A stretch of 64,000 bases of DNA from Massalongia carnosa (Eukaryota), in the NCBI GenBank assembly GCA_965645245.1, contig OZ287067.1:3410001-3474000 (forward strand), written 5' to 3'. The notes beneath the pieces were generated by a model. It was not told the origin of the DNA, did no database searches, and saw nothing but the letters and a program-made list of their open reading frames with translations. Shown here one piece after another: positions 11,908 through 25,005 of this stretch. The stretch's first letter is position 1; each line of letters starts with the position of its first letter. The position numbers and the translations under genes are program-made.

Positions 11908-12632
11908 CTCTCAAATAAACGACCACGACAAAAGACGGGACGTATGGGTTTTCGTTGATTTCATAAGGCCAGGGGGAGGGATAACGAACATTTTTGATTA
12001 AAGAACCCTTTTATTCATTTGTTTTAAAAATGACAAGCTCGCTTTCATATCTCAACTTCAATCCTTTCTTCAGAAAAACGGAAGAGAAGCTCTTTCTACT
12101 GCTTTAGCTAAATACACGTTCTTCTACTACTACTCTCCATTCTCGCATTTAGTGCCCGCGAACACAAAGGCGGGGAAAAAAAATTCCAGTGCTCTAAAAC
12201 AATGCACAACTCTCACTCTCTCTCTCGTTGATTCAGCTCAATACTAATCGGGTCTTCCCCCTCCCCCTAAAAACAACAAACCTTCGCAACGGTAAAACCA
12301 AAACCAAACTAACCAACTCGTCCGCATTCCAAAAAGAAAAATACCAAAAAGCCATAGCAAAACTTCTCCATTTTTTCCTATTCCCCAAGCCGCGAGAGAG
12401 AGATGGGGACTTTGAAGAATAGATACATAAATCCTAAAGGCCATAGGGTAGATAAACAGGTACATATCTATACCTATTGTTGTTGTCGTTGTTGTGAGGA
12501 CGATCTAGTGATCCCAGCTTTCCAGCTTACCCTCCCCGTCTTCCTCTACATCTTCATCTCCGTGCCTCTCTAACTGTAAGCCATCCACCTATCCACCTTG
12601 CTACTTGCCTCCCTACTATTATGCGGGTCAGA

Positions 12633-13900
12633 AGTGTCCGGATAGGCGAGAATTTTTTTAGTTTTGAAAAGTAAACAACCACCTTTCAATCCATCATGCC
12701 ACCACCACGTAGCTCTAAACAGCCTAAAACTACGCGCAAAGAAGTGCCCGTCATAATCAGAGCTGAAATGTACGGTATGGGCCTCGCCGGCGCCTCCGTT
12801 AGTACTATACACGAAATGTTTCCGCAATGGTCGTTCCAACATAGGAGACACTTTGAAGAAGGCTACAACACGCGATGACCACAAATCGGAAGTACGATCT
12901 GGTCGGCCCAAAATAACCACAGCACGAGAAGATCGTCATTTGATACGAGCAGCGATCAAATCGGGGTCAAAGGGTCGTCGACAGCCTCTGGGGGAGTTGC
13001 AAGCTAACATTATGCCCGATGTTTCTCGAACTACTATGAAACGATGACTTTGAGATCAAAACGTTCGCAAATGGCGCGCAGCTAATCGTACGATGTTAAC
13101 GGAAGCTCATATTGTTGATCAGCTGGGCTGGGCACGTCAATATGAGGATGTTTCGGAGGATGAGTGGGCTCAAGTGTGTTGGTCTGATGAGATGTCAGTT
13201 TGCAAACAGGATGGGAGTGAGAACGTGTGGGTTTTTCGACTTCCGAATGAGAAATGGGATCAAGAATGCTTCGAACCAGTCAAAAATGGATCGAGAGTCA
13301 CAAAGATGTTCTGGGGCTGCTTTGCAGGCAATCGACGGGGTGGTTTGACCTCGTTGGAGCCCGATCCAGATCGTACGGGAAAGAAAGGTATCACATGGTT
13401 GATTATACTCGATGCTTATAAAGAACATCTTCCTACCATGCTCGATGACGATTCGGGCATTGTTTCCATGCAAGATGGAGCTAAAACACACAAAATTCGA
13501 GAGACAATGGAATGGTTCAAAGAAAAGGGGTACACGGTCATGGATTGGCCGGCCTACTCCCCCGATTTGAACCCCATCGAGATGATATGGAAGAAAGTGA
13601 AGAACATAGTCTTTAGAAGACAAACCGAATTACGCATTCTGTCAGCAAGTGCCCCAAAAATTCAAGAGGCCATTGTTGATGCTGTCTTGGAGGCATGGGA
13701 CGACATAACGGAGGCGTTTTTGGAAATTTTAATGCGGTCAATGCCTCGTCGAGTGCAAGCAGTCCTGAATGCAATTGGAGGTTATACTAAATATCAGTTA
13801 TATGTAAACAAGTAATCGCATCATTTACTGAAACGTTAACAGCAACATTAGATAATTCATACTGCTATGAAATTCGTTTAAATTCGCCTATCCGGACACT
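12633..13900 (+). mobile_element. Tc1-family (DD34E) DNA transposon, defective
   Basis: Perfect 17-bp TIRs AGTGTCCGGATAGGCGA at 12633-12649 and, reverse-complemented, 13884-13900, enclosing a transposase remnant. TSD not resolved. Confidence 0.9.
12696..13815 (+). pseudogene. Tc1 transposase with a frameshift and two internal TGA stops
   Basis: RSGRPKITTAREDR, WSDE, QDGA...WPAYSPDLNPIE (34 residues between D and E) and SMPRRVQAV..A.GGYTKY. Frameshift near 12850; stops at 13045 and 13051. Confidence 0.9.
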
Positions 13901-14346
13901 AACCTAGGTATGTACCTCTCTAACCTCCCCCCTACCCTTCCCCCCTCCCCTTCTAATCAAACCCACCCTTGCAAACCATCGCTAGCTCGTTCGCATACAA
14001 CCAATAGCTAAGTCATGCACTAGTCGTTGTAGAGCATGATCAACTCAACTTTTCCACCCCACCCACCCCCCCCCTCCTCCTTCTCCCCCGGCGGTGGCGG
14101 CAAAATTCATAGGGTGGGGAAGTGTCACTCGTAGCTAAAAGTATCGATACATCAATCATACCTGCATGATAGGTAATAAAACAATTCAACGCTTTTCAAA
14201 TGCTTGTCTATAAAAATCTAGCTAATCTACAATCAAGGGGGTATCTTGAATCTGTGTAATACACGCCCGAAACTCACTATCCCAGTTACTTCATGCAGAA
14301 GAGCCGTAGATGGAAAAAATGCAAGATGCGAAACGCAGAACCCCCA

Positions 14347-17300
14347 TCACAGTTTCGACTCCGTCTCCTCAAACTCGCTCAGGGCAACTACCGACTTCGC
14401 CCCTGCGCTCGCCAGCAGCGTCGCCTTGAAATTGCGTACATTTTCAATGACCGTCGTTGCCTGAACAGGTGGCGCTTCTGGGAACCCGGCGTATCCACCC
14501 GCGCCATCTTCTGCCACCGCGACTGGTTGGACCTCAATGCCGAGACTTGGCAACACAGTACCGAGCAGCTGGTGGGCTTGCTTGGTGATCTCGGAGAGTT
14601 GCTCCGGGGATGTTTTGGCATCGTCATGTAGGTAAGCTGCGATGGCCTGCTCAATGGCGTTCTGATCTCCACCGGCAATATCAACAGGATCGAAGCTTGC
14701 GGATAGTTTTTCTGTGTCGACGCTAATGCCCATTGTCGTTAGATATTTGGCCAGCAAACCGAGCAGTTTCAACCTCTGCTCCGCTTCCGATATATCACCC
14801 GCGAGGGCTTTTGGTGTGGCCTGAGCAGTCATGTGCACGGAAAGCTTCGCACGGGTGGAAGAGGTAGGGTGAATGTAGCGGTTGAAGAACTCAACAAGAT
14901 CTGTTTTAGACAATGGTCTTAGATGAGTAACGTCTTCCTCGGCCAGAAGGAAATCGAAGTATTCGTTGCTGATGTGGCTCCAGAAACGATCGCTCTCTTG
15001 ATCAAGATTCTTGATTTTCTCTAACCTCTTATTGATCAAGCTCTTTTTATGGCTTTCAAATTGCTCCTGTGCCATCGTCTCCAAAGATTCGGCGAAGAAG
15101 GCTAAAAACGCGTTGATCCTCTCTTCCAAATACTGAGTTGGTTTCTCAGACTGGATAATCACGCGGTATCCCATCGTTGTGGCTGCAAGCCTTGCACCGG
15201 CGTGTACCACATATCCCAGTTGCTCTTTTGTCCGAAGCTGATCAAAGCCTGCCTCCTCAGTCATCTGTACTGCAAGAAGCAGTTTTGCGCGCAAAGCTCG
15301 ATCTTTGATACTGCCAATATATAAGTAATAGTCGATAGAATGATTCACGTTGGCTGGATCCTCCAGACGTCGTGGATATGTAAAATCACTTCCCTCAGGA
15401 AGAATCAAATTCCTACGGATATGCCATTGCGACTGAGGTAGTTGTCGAGGTTTCAATATGGACTCAACTAGCTGTGTCATTCGCAAGGCATCTTCCTTAT
15501 ATATGTTGCCGTGAGCAAGTAGCTCGACATGCATTTGACGAAGTATTTGAGGGAAATAGCCTGCGATGTCGTCCGGCTGAAGATGGACTACCTCTGCCAA
15601 GAATTGCTCGTTGACAAAGCCTTTGTCTCTCAAAAGCCAGGCTATAAAGTCGCCGATTTGCCGATACGGTGACTGGTAATTCCAGTTTCGAAATCCTCTC
15701 AGTATCCTCTCTTTCACAATCGCAAATCTGTCTGGAGCCACCTGAAGGTCTTTCATGCTGACCAAAACCTTTTCTAGAAGAACCGCCATTTTATCACTAT
15801 ATCCGCTAACTTCAATATTGAGACCTAGGTCAGAAGCCGAGAGATCGTACTCCAACCCAGCAATTTCAGCATCGTATGAGTACTCAACCAGCACATCCTT
15901 TACTAGTTCGCAGTATACCTTTGCCTTGACAGAGTTAGCTGGGGTCGCTCCTACTAACGGATTTCTCAGCGCAATAAAGACATTGCCCCGGGGTACCCAG
16001 AAGCGATCATCCTTTTTCCACCATGTGCGCGCGCTTTCATCGTTGCGAATTAGCTTAGGATGTTTCAGCGGCTCCGGTATCTCCCGCTTGTCGACATTCA
16101 ATTTCGTGGGGATAAACTCGTTCTTGTGTGGGAGGTGTAGATCTTTTAGCCTATTCTTTGAAGTGCTCTCGCCTGCTTCCTTGACTGCAGATTGAAAGTA
16201 TGGGTCAATACGTTGGCACTTGTATTCCGTGCCATACCACTTCTCCTTCTGATCCCAATCTCCGGGGTAAGTTTGACTGACGATGGTTAGTCTATAGTTG
16301 TCGGTCCGTAGACACTCTAACCCTTTTCTGATTGTTTCGGGATCAAATTTGCGGAGCAGAGTTGTGCCACTGATGAGCCATTCTCTTGGTAGAGGTTTCT
16401 GCATGACGCTGCTGATTCTGCTAGTAAAACTGCTTGCAGGGGTTTTCTCTTGAAATCTAAAATCAACTTCAGCCATGCCTTTTACCTCGTCGACGATCCA
16501 CTGCTGAGGAGGGTTCTCTTTTAGTAAGGATATGTATTGGAAGACTACTTTTACAATCTCCTTGTACTCCTTCAAGCCATCCTCGGTCAGTCTAATTGAG
16601 ATTGTAAAAAACGCTGATCCGGAGCAAATAGGCATCGACCCAGCAGACAGCCCATTCGCCCATCCTTTAGCCTTTATGTATGCCAGGATGCTCCCTGGAC
16701 CTTCATGCCCTATAAGATGGCTGATGTAGCGGTTGGGTTGCGATTCGTACATCATGTCCTCGTCTTGGTATGGGAAATATATATCAAGCAATCTTGAGTC
16801 CATTACAGGCTTGGCAAAAACTTGAGTCAGTAACTCATTCTCCGAATAAGGTTGCACTCCATCCCAACGGTTTTGTGGAAGATCCTTATTAGGAACACCG
16901 GCGAAAAGATCCCCAACCCAAGTTTCCAGTTCATCTAGAGACTCTCGACCCAACACAACCAGCTTCATGAGGTTAGCCGAATAGTGCTTGCTATGAAAAT
17001 TCATAAATTCCTCCCGTATATTTACACCACGCTTCCTTGGCTCGTCCCTCAGGGTTACAAGACTGCCTGTTGCAAAATGATGATATGGATGTCGAGAGCT
17101 TGATAGAGATTTATTGAGTTGACTTAGCCGCCAATTATCACTCTGCAAATTCTTCTTATTCTCGGAATCCACGGCCTTGAGTTCACGGTCCAAGGTTGAG
17201 GAGAGGAAGAGCGGAGATATGAAAAACTGAGCAAAGCGATCCAGTGCTCCATAAAGGGGCGATTTTACGTTTCCATCCGTGACTGTCTCAGATTTCACGC

Positions 17301-17856
17301 CTGCCGAAGCAGCTACCTCGAAATAGTAATTCGTTTCAGTCGAGGCCGTATAGGCATTGGCGTAGCCTGAATGGTTTGCGAGGTACTGGCTGTAAGCATT
17401 TTCTTTCGGATACTAGGGATATTTAGCAAATGATTCCCTTATGGCCGCATGACTAACCTTTTTCGTGCCCATAAAGAGGAGATGCTCGACCGCATGGGCC
17501 ATGCCTGGCATATCATCTGCATCGCTGAAGCTGCCAACGTTGACATTTACTGAAGCACTGGCTTTGTCCGTGTCGGGGTCATGAACCAGCAAAGCTTCCA
17601 GCTTATTTGGTAGCCTTATAACTCTGTAAGATCTGTCATCGAGTTCAGGGGCTTCCAGCTTGTCTGCGAGACGTTCTATGGTCGCCATGATGGTAGAGAA
17701 TCGTAGGCTTTGTAGAAGGTAGGAGGAGGATGGAAGGCTGATGGTGTTCTTTGAGTACCTGGTGAATGATTGGAGTTTTAGAGTAGCATAGCCATGATGG
17801 GAGAATTTCTCAAGAACAACATGTCGAGCGTAGATGAAGGGCCTTAGACCAGGCAT
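14347..17856 (-). CDS. STE23: Insulysin / Ste23 M16A metallopeptidase, 2 exons
   Basis: DDRSYRVIRLPNKLEALLVHDP, inverted zinc motif HAVEH-LLFMGT, ALDRFAQFF, HLIGHEGPGS and FDQLRTKEQLGY; ends in SKL. In-frame ATGs at 17856 and 17688. Confidence 0.95.
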
Positions 17857-18776
17857 ATGAAGAAATTGCGTACCAATTGCCCTGAATTTCGCTCAGAATG
17901 TGTTGGCCAGGATACGAGTATGCACGTCTGGGCTGTAAGGCTAACCTAGATATTACATTAACCTATCCGAGGTTTTTATTCTTCATCATTAAACTGCCCT
18001 GTATGAATTACTTGCATGCCCTCTACCCGAGGTTGCGCGAATAATATTGGAATTTGCCGAGATACCTAAATATTTGCGACCGAGGTTCTTTTGCCTCCTG
18101 CTTACTAATTTCCAGATTAGGCAATCATATGCTAAAGCTTCAGATATCGGCACGACTTCGAGGAGGCAAGGTATGCAGCAAAAATGCTACATTTCGGAGG
18201 CAATTCAGCTGTTCATGATCACTGAGTGTCTCGGTGTCTCCGGTCAGCAATAAGGTGTATTTTGCCCAGCTGAGCAGGTTCATGCATTTGATATAGGCCG
18301 AGATGGAGGCCTTCAAGCAGTATTAAGAGGCGGTGATTCCTCATGTAATTTAGCTATTCAGTCGTTCGGAATTCAGTTCAGCAGATAGCTAAATTTGGAG
18401 TATCTTCACCGGAAATACGGAGTACCTGCATCACGTTTGCCAAGCACTTCTCTTTGCCTATCCTTGATAGCCCCGTATGCCTAGTTGGTTTTGGTTCAAC
18501 AGAAAGCTTACTGAAGAGTGATAATAAACTGCTCTATGATATTCTCAAAGCTCAAAGTAATTTATCTTTTTGATGCTCCTGTGCAGCACAATCAATTCGG
18601 ACTGGAATTTGGTGACACAGGCTTAATTATCTTACCAACAACAAGAATAGACAGATGCCTTTCGAAAACCTTTCCCAGGTAAATAAGACAGGCAGGAAGC
18701 CAAATACGTCCACCACGTCCACATCTGTTCAACTACCTAATCAAACGGACATTCCAAAATCATCATTATTTCTTGT

Positions 18777-20185
18777 TTACGCTGCCAATGGTTGCACCCC
18801 AAACTGCCCCAACACGTCATACATAATCGACTCGCAAGGGCTTCAACCACCTTATATGCATTCTCCCACCCAAAAATATCAACCCCGGCCAACTTCCCAA
18901 CCCATTTCGTATTTGTTTCCTTGGCACAGAAATCCGCCGCTGCCCTCAAATAGGCCTTGAACTCAGCCCACTGATTCCCTGGATTCTTTACCAAGGTGGC
19001 TTTTAAAGCTTCCATTACATTAAACCCCCCATTGATTGCAGCTGCACAGTTTCTGAGGAGATCGTTCACGTATTCATTTTGAGTGACCACGTTTTGACGC
19101 GTTCCGTATCTCCCAATGTGACCGCCGACGTAGGTCTTGAAGTCATAGCCAAGAATCTGGTCGTGCGCGTTGATATAGCCAGGGACGCTGGTTGATACGC
19201 TTAACTCAGAGAACGGGACCCAGCCAGGAAAGACCACGTCAACAAGCATCAGGGTTTTCGCGGCCGGGGCGTGGATGAAAATATTTCCTTCCAGGTGGTT
19301 GGGACCTTTATAAGAAAGCTCGAGCGTTTGATTGCCTACTTTCAAAAATTTATCTTTTTCAAAAAGCACGTTCGGGAGTGGCCGTAAGGGATCAAGCACA
19401 GGGAGCCTTTCAAGGAAGCGCCGTGTCTCGACCTGGGCGATGTACTCTTGCACCGTGTCATTAAAGATGAACGCACCTCCCACATGGTCAGCATGCGCAT
19501 GGCTATATACGAAGTGAGTGACTAGCTGAGGGGTGACGCTTTCGATCGCCTTATTGAGCTTGTAACCGAGGGTTGGGGGGCTGTCAACCAGGATGACACC
19601 ATGGGTGCTGACAAGAAAGATGCTCTGGTAAAAGCCATCGGTGATGAAGTAATGAATGATAAATTCACCTGTAGGTATAATAGCATGATTGTCATTGAAG
19701 GTGATTATCTATGTGGGCTATTTGTCTGCTTTATATAGTAGTTACAAAACAGTCACATCTAGGAGCCTAAACGGTCAGACCTTGTCCCCCCATATCTGCT
19801 TGTTTAGGCACCCTGACGGTCAGACCTTGGCTCCCATTTCTGCTTGTTTAGGCACCCTGACGATCAGACCTTGACTCCCATATCTGCTTGTTTAGGCACT
19901 TTGCAAGGCACCTCCCGAGGCTCATGATGGATGCCCATATTGATGGTGGCCTCATCATCTAACATCAAACATGAAGTAGGTCCCGTAACCTAAATGTTCG
20001 AGGTAGTAGCCGGTTTTAGGGTCAACGGGGAGGCCAGCAGATTCGAGGGGGACCGGAAGGAAGTCTGTGTTGCTGGAGTCAGGGCCATAATATATATTGG
20101 AGAGATCGCGATGCTCATAGTGAGCTTTTGACAGAGGAAGCAGTAAAAGGGCGAACACAGAAAGCAATGTGCTCTGAGAAATCAT
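18777..20185 (-). pseudogene. Secreted metallo-beta-lactamase-fold protein disrupted by an insertion and C-terminal frameshifts
   Basis: Signal peptide MISQSTLLSVFALLLLPLSKA. GTYF|ITDGFYQSIFLVSTHGVILVDSPP is split by a 319-bp insert. Motifs YSHAHADHVGG, GPNH, VDVVFPGWVPF and GGH are present. The probable native C-terminus DVLGQFGVQPLAA* lies in a shifted frame. Confidence 0.8.
19652..19970 (-). mobile_element. 319-bp insertion with 8-bp TSD and three internal 44-45 bp tandem repeats (possible SINE or 5'-truncated LINE)
   Basis: ATGAAGTA at both 19644-19651 and 19971-19978; repeats at 19771-19899; no TIRs; the minus-strand 3' end reads ...GAATTTATCATTCATT. Confidence 0.7.
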
Positions 20186-21578
20186 GATGAAGCCCTTAGA
20201 CATATGATGGAATAGTGAACAAGAAGAAAGCATTGGTGGGCTATACAGCCTTTTTATACATGTTTGACTTGCGTTAGGATAGAGCAACGCTTCTACTCGG
20301 CTCTCACTCTTCAGTAATTGGCCATCAAGCATAAACGAGTTGCAGGTTCGTAGATGCCTAGACAGGCCATCAATGCAGGACATCTCGATGTTCAATTTTG
20401 GGGGGGTTTTCTCTATACATCCTCGTTAAGAAATGGATTTAATTAGTTAGTAGAACATGTGTTTAGTCAACTCTATTTCGCGGCACAGTTCCGGTTAAAC
20501 AGCATGAGGATGACAATAGGCTAGTTTTCTGGTGGCCCGGCTTCTCGTCGCTCAACAAATCAAATCATGAGAATGGAACATTAGTGATTCGTCAAGAACA
20601 AAATTCCTGCATAACAAAGGCCTTAGCTGCATGCCAACATATGTCGCTGTCATCAAATCGACTCAACGAAGAAAAGAATCTTCCCAGAAACCTAGGTGGC
20701 ATATACGTAATGATTACTCAGATTAAGCCGAACAGTTATTAGCTGTTTTCCTCTAGTTCGTAAATATACTCTGATTTCTCATCACGTAAAAGGATTTATA
20801 ACCTGGAGATGCTAAGCTGTTCCTAGTCAACGGCATCATATGTATTCGACCCGATTTCTGCCACCAGCTCTTGGGTTTGGCTTCGAGGACGTCTGGCGTG
20901 CCTGGAGCTGCTAAGTAACTATTTGAGGCAAAGGAGTGGTCAGCCTTAGCGCCGGAACGTGCCGGGCCCCTAAAAGTTACCAGCAAGTTTTAGCCGTGCT
21001 GGGTAAGCGAAAACTACATAATCGTGCTAGACCACTTTCGGAATGCATAGTGCACATCTCTGCATTCCTAACGTGGTCTAGGCACGATTACTGTTGTAAA
21101 GATGCATCACTCCTTTTAGGATTCCTCTTAGGATTAAATCATGTTTAAAATCTCACTTAAAGTAGTGCTCGAATAACTTTTGATGTTAGTTTAAATAATT
21201 AGCTGTATCTTCGATGAAATTGAGAGAGCTATAGATGCAAGTCTGTTTCTACATGTTTTTTCCCTCGTGCTTAGATCCATACCTGGTATGACTAACCGAC
21301 GTCAGCTTTTTAGTCCAATGTACGGAGTACGAAGTACCTGTTTGATACCCAATGAAACTACTCCAGCCTTGACTAGCTTTATCACATGACTCGGGTCAAG
21401 AGAAATGCCGAAATAACCCGCCTTAAGCTGTAGGTATTCCGGTTACTAATGGTTTCTTTTAGACGTCATTAAAGCGCCTTATCAAATGCACTTCCGCATC
21501 TTATTGACATCAGACCAGGATATTTCTTAACCGACCATTGGAAATTGTTACATTTCATATTCATTTAGAATTGCATTC

Positions 21579-23116
21579 ATGGATCCACCAGGACCTCCGC
21601 CACCATCAGCCTCACTCGAACAATCCCGTTTACAAGGACACCTCGGCCACCTAACCGCTCATGAAGAATCTGCGTTTAAGGCTTTCAAGAGCTTATGCGC
21701 CGAGCAAGGTTTTTTCAAACTTGCCGACGGCCAGTCGCCAGCAAGCCACGATGACGGTACTTTAGTGTTTGTTATCTCGAATCAAATATTGCTTTGCCGC
21801 GCCCTTCCGGTTGCTAATCACTCCCATAGTCGGTATCTTCGAGCTCGGAAGTTTGTCCCGCAGGATGCGTTCGTGCAGTTTAAGGATACCGAAATATGGC
21901 GGAAAGAAAATCAACTTGATGCATTGTATGAAAAAATAGATATTCATGATTATCAAGAGGCTAGAAGCGTCGTAAGTTGACCTATTTAAAGGCCGGTCTC
22001 AAACCGGCTTCGCTAAGCATTGCAGTATCCTCAATGGACTGGTCGGCGAGACAAGCGCGGCATTCCCGTCTATTTGTATGAAGTGAGCAAGCTCAATTCT
22101 AAGAAAATGGTTGCATATGCTTCGGCAAATTCGAAATCAGCCGTAGCTGGACCGTCGCCTTCAAAAATGTTAAGGCTGTTTGCTTTGTACGAAAACCTCA
22201 CTAGATTCGTCATGCCGCTCTGTTCGGCGGTGCCAAATAGACCTAATCCCGAAACGCCTGTTGACCAGTCCAACAACATTGTCGACATATCGAAAGTAGG
22301 CCTGAAGCAATTCTGGAATCTCAGGAACCATATGCAAGTTGCTAGCACATTAGCGACAGCACATTACCCGGAGACGCTTGATCGAATATTTGTAACACCC
22401 CTTTGTTCCAATTCAAACCGCCCATTGGGCATTCTTATTTTCTGCAATCTGCTCCTATGTGCAACAAGTCGCTAAATGCCCAATAGATAATAGGCGCACC
22501 CTCGTTCTTTCCTACTGTATGGGGCTGGATCAAGAAATGGTTCGACCCTATTACCACCTCGAAAATCTTCATTCTCTCCGCCCACGAGGTTTTGCCCACG
22601 CTCTCCGCTTTCATTGATTTGGAAAATATTCCCAAAAAATACGGCGGCGGCCTCGACTTTGAATGCGGTATGATCCCCGTGCTGGACCCGGCCGTAAGTG
22701 ATTTCCTCGACTTTACCGTTCCCAAATCTCCAGATGCGGAAAAGATGTTTCTCACAGCGCCAGTACGATGGATTGATGGTCCGGCTGGCGCGCTGGAAGC
22801 CCTAGGAGTAGGGAGCATTAATGGCGTGCAGCGGATGGAGAAGGTCGCAGTCATGCGGGCGGAAGCTGCAATAAACGCCTTTTCGCCTCCCGGAACTCCA
22901 GGGATGCTGTCGATGTCACATTACTTTACCTCACAAAGTCCACCAGGACAGAATGCGGTTGCAACGAATAAACTTCAGCCGCAACCGGCTCCGAACGGCT
23001 ATCCGCAACCAGTGCCCGAAGCACTCAAGAATGAGGAGCCCCGGCCCCCTATCAGTCGTGAGACAAGCGGTTATGTTACTCCGCCGAGCGATCCGTCAGA
23101 ATTAAAAAGGGGTTGA
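21579..23116 (+). CDS. CRAL-TRIO (Sec14-like) lipid-binding protein, 4 exons
   Basis: GHLGHLT..E, DDGTL|RYLRARKF, YPQWTGRRDKRGIPVY, LATAHYPETLDRIF|IIGAPSFFPTVWGWIKKWFDPITTSKIFIL and NIPKKYGG. Confidence 0.92.
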
Positions 23117-23516
23117 GGGGAGTGGGTATGCAGCTTCAAATTCATGAACTGGATATAATGAATTGAAAATGCTATGCATATAATTTCAACGATGGCGTAT
23201 CTGTCCTCGGTAGATTTTAAGCTATTTATGTGTCAACTGAGTTTACTTATAGTACTCCGTGCCTTGCAGAGTAATCGTGTCAAGAAACTAGTAACGACTC
23301 GCTTCGATTACTGGTTAGAAACGGCTGAACGAGGGAAAGATTGAGGTTGCGACGTTGCAGGCGAAAAGCACGATTCCGTCTCTGCTTCAATCATTAGCAA
23401 TGAAAATACCAACAATGTTGAAACCTGTCTTTCTTCTCGAGGCTTAGAAGTTGTATACCTTTTATATCGATCATCACTTCTTTGCCTTTATTCAAATTTA
23501 CAGCTTCAAGCCAGAG

Positions 23517-25005
23517 ATGTCTGATGGAGTGTTATTTGATGTGGCTTCGGCGCGGGCAAAGTTCCCCGCTTTGTCTCAGCCACAAATCTTTTGCGATAAC
23601 GCTGGAGGAAGTCAAACACTTGGTGCTGTTATCTCTTCGTAGGTTTGGCATAGAATATGGAGTAATGATGAGGAAATCTCACGAGTTCTCACATATGCGA
23701 TAGAATAACCAATTATCTCCAAGACACCAACGTCCAAACAGGTGCTTCGTATAAAGTGGCGAAAAAGTCCACGCATCTGTGTCAGAAGGGGCAAGAAGCA
23801 GCAGCAGCTTTCATAAATGCCGATGCTGATGATATCGGTATGACTGACCCTATTGGGTTCATCGATAGGTTCGGCTGTTGACCACCGAGATCTCAAGTCA
23901 TTGGGCCATCCACCACACAGCTATTCTCGAATCTCTCCTTTGCTCTTGAGTTTCCTGCTGATGCTGAAATCATCATCTCCTCCATCGATCATGGGGCAAA
24001 TATATCTTGCTGGCTTCGTATTGCCAAGTTTCATAATCTTATCATTAAGTGGTGGACGCCCTCTTCGAGCACTTACAACCCCATTCTCAACGCAGAGAAC
24101 CTTCGCCCATTGCTCTCGGACCGGACACGGCTCGTAGCTTGCACGCACACGAGTAATGTCCTCGGCACCATATACGATATACAAGCCATTGCGGAGGAGG
24201 TGCATAAGGTTCCAGGGGCGATGTTATGTGTTGATGGAGTCGCGTTTGCGCCTCACCGCGAAGTGGACGTTAAGGCTTTGGAAGTGGACTTCTATGCGTT
24301 TTCATGGTATAAAGTACCTAGCCAAAATAGTTTCTAGTTTCAATAATGTGGACTAATGCTGATATGAAAATTTAGGTCTACGGCCCTCATCTTTCAACAC
24401 TTTTCGCATCTCCTGCTTCACAGACCCAGCTCAAGTTTCTTGGCCAATACTTCCATTCTTCAGACTCAAACCTTATGACCCGGATCGGTCTCGCAGGTGC
24501 AAGTTACGAGCTCATGGCATCCATCCCTGGCGTTGTCGATTATTTTGGCCCCACGCGTAACGAGACCTGGAGGGCAATCTCGCACCATGAGGAGCGCTTG
24601 CAATCCATATTACTTGGATACCTCAACAGGCATGAACAAGTCGTAATATACGGAGAAAAGTCACCTGACGCAAGATTAAGAGTCCCAGTAATCAGCTTCA
24701 GCGTGAAAGGGCAGAGTTCAAGAGAATTCGTTGAAAGAGTGGAGGCTTGCTCGGATTTTGGCATTCGCTGGGGGCATTTCTATTCCAAGAAGCTCGTGGA
24801 TGATGTGCTAGGTTTGAAGAGCGATGGCGTGATAAGGGTGAGTTTGGTACATTACAACACAGGTTCGTATAGGCCTTTTCTTCTTCTAATTTCTGTCCTG
24901 TATGTGTGCAGGAGTTTCTCTTCGCTAACAGCCGCTATAGAAGAGGAAGTGAAACGCTTGATCGAGGTTTTGGAAAATATTATTCCTAAAAACAGCATTT
25001 CTTGA
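23517..25005 (+). CDS. PLP-dependent class V aminotransferase / cysteine-desulfurase-like protein, 5 exons
   Basis: RAKFPAL...DNAGGSQ, GPSTTQL, THTSNVLGT, VDGVAFAPHR, FSWYK|VYGPH (PLP lysine), GIRWGHFY and IRVSLVHYNT. Confidence 0.88.
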
